64,000 nt of DNA from the NCBI GenBank assembly GCA_030603745.1, contig JAUVXE010000003.1, forward strand, positions 131,923 through 195,922, read 5' to 3'. Under the pieces are notes generated by a model that saw only the letters and a list, made by a program, of their open reading frames with translations, did no database searches and was not told the DNA's origin. The translations under genes and the position numbers were made by a program. The number at the start of each line of letters is the position of its first letter. The stretch's first letter is position 1. The stretch is from Coriobacteriia bacterium (GTDB lineage: Bacteria > Actinomycetota > Coriobacteriia > Anaerosomatales > SLCP01). Of this stretch, positions 1 to 11,996 are shown in pieces.

Positions 1-271
1 GCACATCGGGTGGAACACGGTGGATTACCCGGTCGAAAGCCCGCTCTTCGCCGGGATCGGGGAGGGGAGCGCGTTCTACTTCGTGCACTCATACCACTTC
101 GTGCCGGCTGACCCTTCCGGTATCATCGGCGCCACCGAGTACGGGGTGCGGTTCGCGGCCGCGGTGCAGGTGGGCGAGGTCTACGCGGTGCAGTTCCACC
201 CGGAGAAGTCATCGACCGCCGGACTCGCCCTCCTCGGCAACTTCGGACGCATCGTCAAGGAGCGTGGCTGA
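1..271 (+). CDS. hisH: imidazole glycerol phosphate synthase glutamine amidotransferase subunit HisH, C-terminal fragment (5' end lies outside the window)
   Basis: The frame is open from the window edge. The translation (...HIGWNTVDYPVESPLFAGI...FYFVHSYHF...VQFHPEKS...) matches the conserved C-terminal half of HisH. hisA starts 2 nt after the stop. Confidence 0.85.
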   Translation, partial: HIGWNTVDYPVESPLFAGIGEGSAFYFVHSYHFVPADPSGIIGATEYGVRFAAAVQVGEVYAVQFHPEKSSTAGLALLGNFGRIVKERG

Positions 272-273
272 CA

Positions 274-1005
274 ATGATCATCTTTCCCGCGATCGACATC
301 CTCGACGGTAAGGCGGTGCGGTTGCGCCAGGGCCGCCTCGACGCCGTGAAGGTCTACAACGACGACCCGGTCGCCCAGGCGCACCTGTGGGCCGAGGGCG
401 GGGCCGAGTGGCTCCACGTCGTCGACCTCGACGGCGCCGTGCTCGGCGACCCGCTCAACATCGACACCATCCGGCGGATCACCGCCGCGGTCGACGTCCC
501 GGTCCAGACCGGGGGCGGCATCCGCAGCATGGAGACGCTCGACCGGCTCTGCGAGGCGGGCGTGAAGCGCTGCGTGCTCGGCACCTCGCTCGTCTCCGAC
601 CCCGAGTTCGTCGCCGAGGCGTGCGCGAAGTACCCGGGGATCGTCGCCGGCATCGACGCCCGCGACGGCAAGGTCGCCATCGAGGGGTGGCGCCAGGGCA
701 CCGAGTACGGGGTGCTCGAGCTCGTGCGCGAGCTGGAGCTCCTCGGCGTGCGGCGGCTCGCCTACACCGACATCGGCCGCGACGGCATGCAGGGCGGCGC
801 GAACTACGGCGCCTACCGCGCGCTCGCGGATCAGGTCGACATCCCCATCATCGCCTCGGGCGGCGTCTCGACGCTCGACGACATCCGCGACCTCGTCTCG
901 ATCGGGCCCAAGGTCGAGGGCGTGATCGTGGGCACCGCACTCTACGAGAACCGCTTCACGCTGCCCGAGGCCATCGCCGCGGGCAGGGGAGAGGCGGCCG
1001 TCTGA
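274..1005 (+). CDS. hisA: ProFAR isomerase HisA
   Basis: [20 protein letters not shown]... and the C-terminal [12 protein letters not shown] are HisA hallmarks. The gene sits in his operon context. Confidence 0.9.
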   Translation: MIIFPAIDILDGKAVRLRQGRLDAVKVYNDDPVAQAHLWAEGGAEWLHVVDLDGAVLGDPLNIDTIRRITAAVDVPVQTGGGIRSMETLDRLCEAGVKRCVLGTSLVSDPEFVAEACAKYPGIVAGIDARDGKVAIEGWRQGTEYGVLELVRELELLGVRRLAYTDIGRDGMQGGANYGAYRALADQVDIPIIASGGVSTLDDIRDLVSIGPKVEGVIVGTALYENRFTLPEAIAAGRGEAAV

Positions 1006-1006
1006 G

Positions 1007-1822
1007 ATGCTGACCAAGCGCGTCATCCCCTGTCTCGACGTCCACGCGGGGCGCGTCGTCAAAGGCGTGAACTTCGTCGACCTCGTGGACGCGGGTGACC
1101 CGGTCGAGCTCGCCGCGTTCTACGACGCCGAGGGTGCCGACGAGCTCGTCTTCCTCGACATCACGGCGACCCACGAGGACCGCCCCTCCATGCTCGACGT
1201 GGCCGCTCGCACGAGCGAGGAGGTCTTCATCCCCTACACCGTGGGTGGCGGGATGCGCTCGGCGGCCGACATCCGGGCGATGCTCGCGGCGGGCTGCGAC
1301 AAGATCTCGCTCAACTCCGCCGCCGTGCGCGCGCCCGCGCTCATCACCGAGACGAGCCGCATCTACGGCGCGCAGTGCATCGTGGTCGCCATCGACGCGC
1401 GCCGCGTGCCCGGCTCCGTGGAGCGCTGGGAGGTCTTCATCAACGGCGGGCGAGTCAACACCGGCCTCGACGCCGTCGCGTGGGCGGCCGAGGCGGCCCG
1501 TCTCGGCGCGGGAGAGATCCTGCTGACCAGCATGGACCGCGACGGCACCAACGAGGGCTACGACCTGCCGCTCACCCGTGCGATCACCCGCGCCGTGCAG
1601 ATCCCCGTCATCGCGAGTGGCGGCGCGGGCGAGCTCGAGCACTTCACCGAGGTCGTGGTCGAGGCCGACGCCGACGCCGTGCTCGCCGCGAGCACGCTCC
1701 ACTTCGGCAAGTTCCGGGTGCGCGACATCAAGGCACACATGGCGGCGAGCGGCGTGCCCGTGCGCGTCGTGGACGTCGCCGAGGAGGCCCGCTCGCCGGT
1801 CTCGGGCGGGTGGGTGCGATGA
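1007..1822 (+). CDS. hisF: imidazole glycerol phosphate synthase cyclase subunit HisF
   Basis: [12 protein letters not shown]...[12 protein letters not shown]...IASGGAG are classic HisF motifs. Confidence 0.95.
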   Translation: MLTKRVIPCLDVHAGRVVKGVNFVDLVDAGDPVELAAFYDAEGADELVFLDITATHEDRPSMLDVAARTSEEVFIPYTVGGGMRSAADIRAMLAAGCDKISLNSAAVRAPALITETSRIYGAQCIVVAIDARRVPGSVERWEVFINGGRVNTGLDAVAWAAEAARLGAGEILLTSMDRDGTNEGYDLPLTRAITRAVQIPVIASGGAGELEHFTEVVVEADADAVLAASTLHFGKFRVRDIKAHMAASGVPVRVVDVAEEARSPVSGGWVR

Positions 1823-2232
1823 GCGGCGCGACCCCGGCCCCGGCACCCGACGGCGACGCCGTCCGCATCGATGACCTGCGCTTCGGCGCCGACGGACTCA
1901 TCTGCGCGGTGGTCCAGCAGCACGACACCGGCGAGGTGCTCATGGTGGCGTGGATGGACGCCGAGGCGGTGCGCCGCACGCTCGCGACCGGGCGCACGTG
2001 GTTCTGGAGCCGCTCTCGCGGCGAGTACTGGTGCAAGGGCGAGACGAGCGGGAACGCCCAGCGCGTGGTCGGGGTCCGCGTCGACTGCGACGCCGACGCG
2101 CTCCTCGTCACCGTCGACCAGAGCGGCGTCGCCTGCCACACCGGCGCCCGCTCGTGCTTCTACCGCACGCTTCCGATGACCGCCGCGGGGAGCGACGCCT
2201 CCCCCGAGTGCAAGGACACGGCCGATGAGTGA
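1819..2232 (+). CDS. hisI: phosphoribosyl-AMP cyclohydrolase HisI
   Basis: The ATG at 1819 overlaps the hisF stop (ATGA). The translation [24 protein letters not shown]...WFWSRSR...WCKGETSGN...VDCDADALL is HisI. Confidence 0.9.
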   Translation: MSGATPAPAPDGDAVRIDDLRFGADGLICAVVQQHDTGEVLMVAWMDAEAVRRTLATGRTWFWSRSRGEYWCKGETSGNAQRVVGVRVDCDADALLVTVDQSGVACHTGARSCFYRTLPMTAAGSDASPECKDTADE

Positions 2233-2545
2233 CGACCCGCGCGCCGCCGAGACCTCCCCTGAGATCGGGACCGTGCTCGACGAGCTGTTCGCCGTGCTCG
2301 TGAGCCGCAAGGACGCTCCCGCCGAGGAGTCCTACACCGCGCGTCTGCTCACCGGCCCTCAGGACAAGCTCCTCAAGAAGATCGCCGAGGAGTCGGGCGA
2401 GGTCATCATCGCCGCCCGGGACCAGGACCCTGCCCAGATCCGCTACGAGGTCGCCGACCTCGTCTACCACCTGCTCGTGGTGCTCGTCCGCGAGGGACTC
2501 ACGCTCGACGACCTCGCCGCGGAGCTCGCCGCGCGCCGCCGGTAG
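2225..2545 (+). CDS. hisE: phosphoribosyl-ATP pyrophosphatase HisE
   Basis: SYTARLL...[17 protein letters not shown]...[13 protein letters not shown] is the HisE/MazG-like fold signature. It overlaps the hisI stop by 8 nt. Confidence 0.9.
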   Translation: MSDDPRAAETSPEIGTVLDELFAVLVSRKDAPAEESYTARLLTGPQDKLLKKIAEESGEVIIAARDQDPAQIRYEVADLVYHLLVVLVREGLTLDDLAAELAARRR

Positions 2546-2552
2546 GGGCGTC

Positions 2553-3452
2553 TTACAGCCCGAAGAGCCTCGCCGCGTTGCCGCGAAGGACGAGGTCGAG
2601 CTCGTGCGCGCCCAGCCCGAGACCCTCAAGGGTGCGTCGCTGCATGAACGCGATCCACGCGCGGTAGGGGGCGGTCGTGGTCGAGTCGGTGCCGAAGACG
2701 ATCCGCTCGGGTCCGAGCGCGACGAGCGAGCACTCGAACACCTCGGCGAGCGTCAGCCGCGGCACGCACACGTCGATCCAGTTGTTCGTGCCCGAAGTGT
2801 CGACGTGCACGTTGGGGCACTGGTATGCGAGCCGCAGGACCTGCTCGAACCACCCCGCGCCGAAGTGCGCGATCACGAACGGGATGTCGGGGAAGTCGCG
2901 CGCGACCGGCGAGAGATCGATCGGGTCGGCGAAGCGCAGGTCGGCGGTCGGGGCCACGCTCACCCCGTAGTGGACCGTCGCGGGGAGCCCGAGCTCGTTC
3001 AGGCGCTTGAGGAACGGACGGCACGCCGGGTCGGAGAGGCGGTAGGCCTGGTTGACCGGGAGCAGTTTCACGCCGCGCATCCCCGCCGCCACCTCGCGGT
3101 CGAGCAGCTCGACCGCCCCAGGGTCGCGCGGGTCGAGGTGCGCGCTCGCGACCACGCGCCCGCCGGTGTGCCCGAGGAACTCCCGCAGCCAGGCGTTGTC
3201 GGGCGTGAGTGACATCACCACCGCCCGGGCGATGCCCGCCGCGTCGAGCCGCTCGAGGTACGCCGAGGCGGTCGTGGCCGGGTCGGTGTCGGGCAGCACG
3301 CCGACCTTGCGCCCGTACTGCCGCCGGGCGAGCGCGGCACGGTAGCCCGGGGGCTCCTCGGCCAGCGAGGTGAGGTGCTCCTCGAGCAGCCCGACGGTCA
3401 CGACGTGCACGTGGGCGTCGATGGCGTCGCCGGGGCGGGTCGTCTGGGTCAT
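2553..3452 (-). CDS. amidohydrolase-2 family metal-dependent hydrolase (TIM barrel)
   Basis: I place the start at the internal Met (MTQTTRPGDAIDAHVHV...), whose ATG overlaps the upstream gene stop (ATGA at 3449-3452). It has an HxH metal motif, and HFGAGW plus a late FGTD are typical of the family. Confidence 0.7.
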   Translation of the reverse strand: MTQTTRPGDAIDAHVHVVTVGLLEEHLTSLAEEPPGYRAALARRQYGRKVGVLPDTDPATTASAYLERLDAAGIARAVVMSLTPDNAWLREFLGHTGGRVVASAHLDPRDPGAVELLDREVAAGMRGVKLLPVNQAYRLSDPACRPFLKRLNELGLPATVHYGVSVAPTADLRFADPIDLSPVARDFPDIPFVIAHFGAGWFEQVLRLAYQCPNVHVDTSGTNNWIDVCVPRLTLAEVFECSLVALGPERIVFGTDSTTTAPYRAWIAFMQRRTLEGLGLGAHELDLVLRGNAARLFGL

Positions 3453-4609
3453 GACATCTCCCGGACCGCCAGCACGATACGGTCGAGGACCTCTTCGAGC
3501 AGGTCCGGGGAGGTGGCGAAGTTCAGGCGCGCGAATCCCGCCCCGGCCGCGCCGAAGTCGATGCCGGGCGAGAGCGCGACGCGCGCGTGCTCCCGCAGCC
3601 ATCGGGAGGGGTCGTCGCCGAGGCCCGCGTCCCGGAGGTCGAGCCAGGCGAGGTAGGTCGCCTCGGGTGCCACGCCGGCCGCGCCGGGCACCTCGGCGAG
3701 CAGGCGCTCGAAGACCCGGTCGCGGTTCGCCCGCAGCGTGCGGCGCGTCTCGGCGAGCCAGGCGTCGCCCGCGGTCCAGGCGGCCCGGGTGGCCTCGGCT
3801 CCGGGCGAGCTGACGGCGCCCAGCAGGTGGCAGGGGAGGCGGTCAGCGGTCCGCGCGACACCGTCGTGGCCGAGGTGGGCGACCGCGCACCGCAGCCCGG
3901 CGAGGTTGAACGCCTTGCTCGCCGCGGTGACGGTGACGGTGCGTGCCTCGGCGGCACGCGAGAGCGAGGAGAACGGCACGTGGCCGGCCGGTTCCCACAC
4001 GAGGTCCGACCAGATCTCGTCGCTGATCACGAGGAGGTCGTGGCGTTCGGCGACCTCGAGCACGCCCTCGAGCTCGGTGCGGGTGAACGCGCGGCCGGTG
4101 GGGTTATGGGGGTTGCAGAGCAGGATGACGCGAGTGGTGGCGTCGATGGCGGCCTCGAGCCGTTCGGGGTCGAGGCGGCGCGCGGGCGCGTCGAGGGGCA
4201 CGTCGACGACCCGGCACCGGCACTGCTCGACCGCGGTGTAGAAGGGCGCGTACACCGGCGTGAAGAGCACCACGCCGTCGCCCGGCTCGGTCTGCGACCA
4301 GAGCGCGAGCTCGACCGCCTGCATCACGTCGCAGAACCCGCGCACCCGCTCAGGCCCCGGGCGCCAGCCGAACCGTGCCTCCTGCCGCTCGGCGAAGAGC
4401 GCGGGCAGTCGGCTCTCGGCGTCGAAGTTGTAGCCGAGGTCGCCCCGGTCGAGCAGGGCGCGCACCGCGTCCACGATGACGGGGGCGGGCGCGAGGTCCA
4501 TGTCGGCGACCCACGCCGGGATCACGTCATCGGTGAAGCGCGCCCACTTCTCGCCGGTCAGCGAGCGCAGGCGCGTGAGGTCGCATCCCGGACCCATGGC
4601 GGCCGCCAT
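3449..4609 (-). CDS. PLP-dependent aminotransferase class I/II, MalY/PatB-type cystathionine beta-lyase
   Basis: KWARFTDDVIPAWVADMDLAPAP, the PLP-lysine motif SKAFNLAGLRCA, and NPHNPTGR. The start codon at 4607-4609 abuts the Rrf2 stop. Confidence 0.8.
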   Translation of the reverse strand: MAAAMGPGCDLTRLRSLTGEKWARFTDDVIPAWVADMDLAPAPVIVDAVRALLDRGDLGYNFDAESRLPALFAERQEARFGWRPGPERVRGFCDVMQAVELALWSQTEPGDGVVLFTPVYAPFYTAVEQCRCRVVDVPLDAPARRLDPERLEAAIDATTRVILLCNPHNPTGRAFTRTELEGVLEVAERHDLLVISDEIWSDLVWEPAGHVPFSSLSRAAEARTVTVTAASKAFNLAGLRCAVAHLGHDGVARTADRLPCHLLGAVSSPGAEATRAAWTAGDAWLAETRRTLRANRDRVFERLLAEVPGAAGVAPEATYLAWLDLRDAGLGDDPSRWLREHARVALSPGIDFGAAGAGFARLNFATSPDLLEEVLDRIVLAVREMS

Positions 4610-5025
4610 CAGATGTAGTACATCGGGGTCAGGCTCTCGTCGAGCTCGCGCTGCTTCTCGAGCAGGTCGGCGAGCGTCACCGAGCCGAGGTGCGCCTCGG
4701 CGGCCCCGGCCATCCCGGCCCAGAGCTCGGCCGCGGCGCTTCCGGGCTGTTTGGGGACGTCGATGACCTCGCCCTGCAGCGCGGTCACGATCTCGAGCGC
4801 GGTGACCTCGCCCGGGTCGGTCTCCAGCGCGCACCCTCCCGCGGGCCCGCGCCTGCACCGCACGATCCCCGCCCGCGAGAGCTCGGTGATCTGCTGCTCG
4901 ACGAAGCGCCGGGGCAGGCCGAGGTGGTCGGCGAGCTGTCCCGCCGCCGTGTAGGAGCCCTGGGGCTGCGCGGCGAGCAGCACGAGGGTCTGCACCGCGT
5001 AGTCGAGTCGTTGCGACACGCGCAT
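4609..5025 (-). CDS. Rrf2 family transcriptional regulator (CymR/IscR-like)
   Basis: MRVSQRLDYAVQTLVLLA...LPRRFVEQQITELSRAGIVRCRRGPAGGCAL is the Rrf2 wHTH signature. Confidence 0.85.
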   Translation of the reverse strand: MRVSQRLDYAVQTLVLLAAQPQGSYTAAGQLADHLGLPRRFVEQQITELSRAGIVRCRRGPAGGCALETDPGEVTALEIVTALQGEVIDVPKQPGSAAAELWAGMAGAAEAHLGSVTLADLLEKQRELDESLTPMYYI

Positions 5026-5034
5026 GGCGGGCTC

Positions 5035-6003
<969 letters not shown>

Positions 6004-6106
6004 CGGGTCCTCCTCCACCGGGTGGTCGCAGGGTCGCGCGACGGGGCGCGTGGCCTGATGCTCGGAACATACCACGCGGAGGCGGAGAATAAACGCACAT
6101 ACACCG

Positions 6107-6121
6107 TGTGCAAACTGCACA
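6107..6121. promoter_or_regulatory. perfect palindrome TGTGCA-aac-TGCACA in the AT-richer cysK upstream region (candidate Rrf2 operator)
   Basis: Read directly from the sequence. It overlaps a second inverted repeat (GCACA-n7-TGTGC) and lies about 105-120 nt upstream of the cysK start. Confidence 0.3.
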
Positions 6122-6306
6122 TATCGAACCGGCGCACCTCGGCTGCCGCCTGCGCGAACGGGTCGGCCGCCGTTCGCCGCCTCCGGCGCGAGAGGTGTCC
6201 CCGCACGGTCGCGATATGGGCGATACTGCTCGGTGAAGTCGTCGGAGAGGTGACGGGCGCGGCCGGGGCCGCACCGTGACCGGGGGTCACCGGGAGGGGC
6301 GCTGCC

Positions 6307-7413
6307 GTGAGGCCGCATCGCATCGAGCCGCTGTGGGACCGGGTCGACCGCAACCGCGTCGAGCTCGCGGTGTTCATCGCGCTCTTCTTGCTCGCCTCGT
6401 CGGCGGGGGCCGCGATCGTGCTCGCCTTCGGTCTCGCGGGCCTCGCGATCCTGACCCAGGACCCGGAAGCCTGGGAGTGGCTGCTCGGCAACGTGGGCCG
6501 CGCGTTCGGCGTAGTGAGCGGAGCCGCGGCGTGTGTGGCGGGCGCGTACGTGGCGGTCGCGCTCAGCAGGTGTGAGCGGTGGCTGCTCAGGCGCTTCGGC
6601 GCCGAGCTCTCGCCGCGTGGGGAGGAGCTGCCCACAAAGCACGCGCTCAAGGACATGGCGATCGCAGCCGGCTTCGAGGTCGCCCCGGCCCTCTACGTGA
6701 TCGAGACGCGCAACGTCAACGCCTTCGTGTTCGGGAAGGGGCGCAGGCGCCCGGTGGTGGGCGTCACGCGCGGCCTCGTCGACCGCCTCACCCCCGACGA
6801 GCAGCGGGCGGTCTTCGCGAACCTCATGGCGCGGCTGCGCGCCGGCGACACCATCTGGGCGACCGGGGTGACCGCGATCATGGCGCCGCTGTGGACGGTC
6901 CGCGACCGGCAGCTCGACGCCGACGCGCCGGTCCGCCGCGGCGCGAGCGACGCCCGCGCGCAGGTCGACCCGCGCACCGGCCGGCCGTATGTCGTGACGA
7001 GCGAGGCGGACCTGCTCGCGGGGATCTACTGGCTCATGCCGATGCTCTTCGCGTTCATCTTCGTGAGCGAGTTCGTCGCGTTCGGGCACCGCTGGTCGCA
7101 GCTGCGCCACGCCGAGGTCGCCGACGCCGAGGGGATGCTCCTGCTCAAGGACCCGCGCTCGATGCTCTCGGCTCTCGAGAAGTGCGTGCGCTTCAACAAC
7201 TACGTGCCCACGGCCGGTCCCGGCTTCACCCAGCTGTTCTACTGCTGGACGGGTGACGGCTCGACCGACGACGAGTCCGACCCGGAGAACCGGCGCATCA
7301 CGCGCCTGCGCGAGGTGCTCGGGGTCGCGGGGATGCCCGATCCGGTCGTCGTGCCCAACGAGCCGGTGTTGGCCCCCGTGGCGCCCCGGCTCGAAGGCGC
7401 GGGCGGCTCCTGA
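6307..7413 (+). CDS. M48 (HtpX-like) peptidase homolog with a degenerate active site; membrane protein
   Basis: VNAFVFGKGRRRPVVGVTRGLVDRLTPDEQRAVFANLMARLRAGD aligns with the HtpX block ...INAFATG...STGLL..[21 protein letters not shown], but HExxH is replaced by NLMAR. It has N-terminal TM helices. Confidence 0.6.
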   Translation: MRPHRIEPLWDRVDRNRVELAVFIALFLLASSAGAAIVLAFGLAGLAILTQDPEAWEWLLGNVGRAFGVVSGAAACVAGAYVAVALSRCERWLLRRFGAELSPRGEELPTKHALKDMAIAAGFEVAPALYVIETRNVNAFVFGKGRRRPVVGVTRGLVDRLTPDEQRAVFANLMARLRAGDTIWATGVTAIMAPLWTVRDRQLDADAPVRRGASDARAQVDPRTGRPYVVTSEADLLAGIYWLMPMLFAFIFVSEFVAFGHRWSQLRHAEVADAEGMLLLKDPRSMLSALEKCVRFNNYVPTAGPGFTQLFYCWTGDGSTDDESDPENRRITRLREVLGVAGMPDPVVVPNEPVLAPVAPRLEGAGGS

Positions 7414-7489
7414 GCACGCTCCGGCCGGCGGGTGCGAGGTTGCGCTCGCTTCGGCCACGGTGCTACACTCGCCGGCAACAACCGAACAT

Positions 7490-7799
7490 GCGCCAGTGAT
7501 GGGGAGAAGTATCCCGGTCAGCGAAGCCAAGAGAGTCGGGGACGGTGGGAACCCGACGTGAGCGACCGGAGAGAATGGGCCCCTGAGGCACCGAGGCAAC
7601 GGCGGCGACGTCTACTAGTCTCGGCGGATCCCCACCGATAGAAGGGGCCGGGTATCCGGGTCCGCACCGCGAGCGGGATCAGCGCGGGAGGCGGCCCACG
7701 TACTGTCAGGACAAGTGGCTCCGCGCACGACCGGCGGGGCAACAAGGGTGGCACCGCGAGACGACCTCTCGTCCCTTGAGGATGAGGGGTCTTTGTGTT
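7490..7799 (+). promoter_or_regulatory. T-box leader (tRNA-sensing riboswitch), probable Trp specificity, controlling the trp operon
   Basis: Stem I elements are present in order: GTGATG (K-turn), AGTA box, AGAGAG bulge (7529-7534), and distal-loop GGTGGGAACC. A specifier-loop candidate is GAGAA-TGG-G, with the TGG at 7576-7578. The T-box sequence AACAAGGGTGGCACCGCG lies at 7741-7758 and is followed by a terminator. A -10-like TACACT sits at 7464-7469. Confidence 0.8.
7763..7799 (+). terminator. intrinsic terminator of the T-box leader
   Basis: GACCTCTCGTCC-cttga-GGATGAGGGGTC forms a 12-bp stem (including 2 G-U pairs), followed by TTTGTGTT. Confidence 0.75.
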
Positions 7800-7861
7800 C
7801 TCAGGGACCACCGGGCGCCCCGCATCCTCGAAGGCAGGTGCCGGTGAGGAGCGCTGCACGG

Positions 7862-9399
7862 ATGATCGTGCCGGGCAAAGAAGAGTTCGCGCGACTGGCT
7901 GCAGACCACGACGTGGTCCCGGTCGCTCGTGAGGTCTACGCCGACCTCGCGACCCCCATCTCCGCCTTCATGGCGCTCGCCGAGGGCGTCGAGCACGCCT
8001 TCCTGCTCGAGAGCGTCTCGGGCGGCGAGCAACTCGGCCGCTACAGCTTCCTCGGCATCGGTGACCGCGAGGTCATCACGGCGCACGGCGACGAGGTCGT
8101 GGTCGAGAACGGCGGCGTGGTGGGCGAGCGCGCCACCGACCCGCTCACCGTGGTCGAGCGCCGGCTCGCAGCGGGCAGTGTCGCCCACGTCGCGGGCGTG
8201 CCGAGGTTCGTGGGCGGCGCGGTGGGCTATGTGGGATACGAGGTCGCCGCCGGGTTCGAGCGCGTGCCCCGGCACGACACGCCGGCGGCCGGGTCGGCCC
8301 GTATCCCCGACATGGCGTTCATGCTCGCCGACATCGTGGTCGCGTTCGACCACGCGCGCCGGGTCATGCAGGTCATCGCCCCGGTACGGCCCGGCGGCGC
8401 CCCCGACGCCGCGTACGAGCGCGCGCTCGGCCGCATCGACGCCGCGCTCCGCCGCATCGACGCGGGCCCTCCGGGCGCACGCCTCGGCGCGGTGGGCCGG
8501 AGCGCCGAGGTCCCCCTCGAGGCGGAGACCACCCGCGAGGCGTTCCTCGGCGGGGTCGAGCGGGCCAAGGAGCACATCGCGGCCGGTGACGTCTTCCAGG
8601 TCGTGCTCTCGCAGCGTTTCAGCGCCCCGTACGAGGGCGATGGCCTCGATCTCTACCGCGTGCTGCGGGCCGTCAACCCGAGCCCCTACATGTTCTACCT
8701 GCGCACCCGCGACGTGACGCTCGTGGGGTCGAGCCCCGAGCCGCTCGTGCGCGTGGAGGGCGACTCGGTGCTCACCCGTCCGCTCGCGGGCACGCGTCCG
8801 CGCGGCGCCGACCTGGCCGAGGACGGCCGCCTGCGCGCCGACCTGCTCGCCGACGACAAGGAGCGGGCCGAGCACGTCATGCTCGTCGACCTGGGCCGAA
8901 ACGACCTCGGCCGCGTGAGCGTGCCGGGCACGGTGACGGTCGACGAGCTCATGGAGGTCGAGAACTACAGCCACGTGATGCACATCGTCTCCAACGTCAC
9001 CGGCACGCTCGCGCCGGACAAGAACGCCTTCGACGCCCTGCGCGCGACCTTCCCCGCCGGGACCGTGTCCGGCGCGCCCAAGATCCGCGCGATGGAGATC
9101 ATCCGCGACCTCGAGCCGGCGGCGCGCGGACCGTACGCGGGCACGGTGGGCTACATCGGTCTCGATGGCGCGATGGACATGTGCATCACCATCCGCACGT
9201 TCGTGATCGCTGGCGGGCGTGCCTACCTGCAGTCGGGCGCGGGCATCGTCGCCGACTCCGACCCGGTCCGCGAGTACGAGGAGACGCTGCACAAGGCCCG
9301 CGCGCTGCACCGCGCGCTCGAGCTCGCCGCCGGGATGTATGCCGAGGACACCGCGACCGTCGCCGCCAGCGGGGACGCCACGGACCGGGAGGCCGCCCG

Positions 9400-9403
<4 letters not shown>
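7862..9403 (+). CDS. trpE: anthranilate synthase component I
   Basis: Start at the internal ATG 7862 (MIVPGKEEFARLAADHDVVPV...) with GAGGAG upstream. Motifs LLESV, GAVGYVGYE, PSPYMFYL and GTVSGAPK are present. Confidence 0.95.
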
Positions 9404-11132
<1,729 letters not shown>

Positions 11133-11136
<4 letters not shown>

Positions 11137-11984
11137 GCGCTGACTTCCTCGCCGGGATGGTCGCTCGCCGCACGGCGCGGATCGCCGCGGAGTGGGGCTC
11201 TCTCGCGCCGGCCGACCGCGAGCGGCTCGCCTGCTGCGCCCGCCCGCCGCGGCCCTTCGCCGCCGCGCTCTCCGACCGCGCGGACGTCGCCGTGATCGCC
11301 GAGGTCAAGAAGGCCTCGCCGAGCGCGGGCGCCATCGCGCCGGAGTGCGAGGCGTCCAAGCAGGCGCTGCACTACACCGACGGCGGAGCGGCCGCGATCA
11401 GCGTGCTCACCGAGCCGGAGGTCTTCGCCGGCTCGTTCACCGACCTCTCCGACGTCGCCGACGCCGTGGACGTTCCCGTCCTCGCGAAAGACTTCGTGGT
11501 CGACCCGGTCCAGCTCTTCGTCGCCCGCGGGCATGGCGCGGACGCCGTGCTGCTCATGGTGAGCGTGCTCGGCCCCGCGGTCGCCGACTACCTCGACCTC
11601 GCCGCCACCCTCGGCCTCGAGGCGCTCGTCGAGGTGATCGACGAGGCCGAGCTCGAGTTCGCGCTTGCGGCCGGCGCGATGCTCGTCGGAGTCAACAGCC
11701 GCGACCTGCGCACGCTCGAGCTCGACGCCGCGCGTGCCGCTCGCGTGGTCGCCGCCTCCGCGCGCGCCGGCGCCGTCACGGTCGCCGCGAGCGGCGTGAA
11801 GACCCGCGCCGACGTGCGTGCCGCCGCCTCGGCGGGAGCCGACGCCGTGCTCGTGGGGGAGACGCTCATGCGCGCCGCGTTCCCCGAGGACCTGCTCGCC
11901 GAACTCACGGGCGTCGCCAGGAGCGCGGCCGCCCGCCGCACCGCCGTCCGTCCGCCGTCCACCAGCCAGCACGCCGAGGAGTAA
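11133..11984 (+). CDS. trpC: indole-3-glycerol phosphate synthase
   Basis: VIAEVKKASPSAG...AISVLTEPEVFAGS...VLAKDFVVDPVQ. It overlaps the trpGD stop. Confidence 0.9.
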
Positions 11985-11996
11985 GGGAGGCCCATC

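Noticed and set aside
274-1005. Whether hisA is really a bifunctional PriA (HisA/TrpF), as in many Actinomycetota.
   Set aside because: A dedicated trpF with full motifs is present in the trp operon (13423-14067). There is therefore no reason from this window to call PriA, and sequence inspection alone cannot settle it.
6004-7599. N-terminal 530 aa of the 854-aa minus-strand ORF 5035-7599.
   Set aside because: Only the last 322 codons encode CysK, starting at MTAAFAHYF with the ATG at 6001-6003. The upstream part runs antisense through the M48-like gene and the T-box leader and has no protein-like features.
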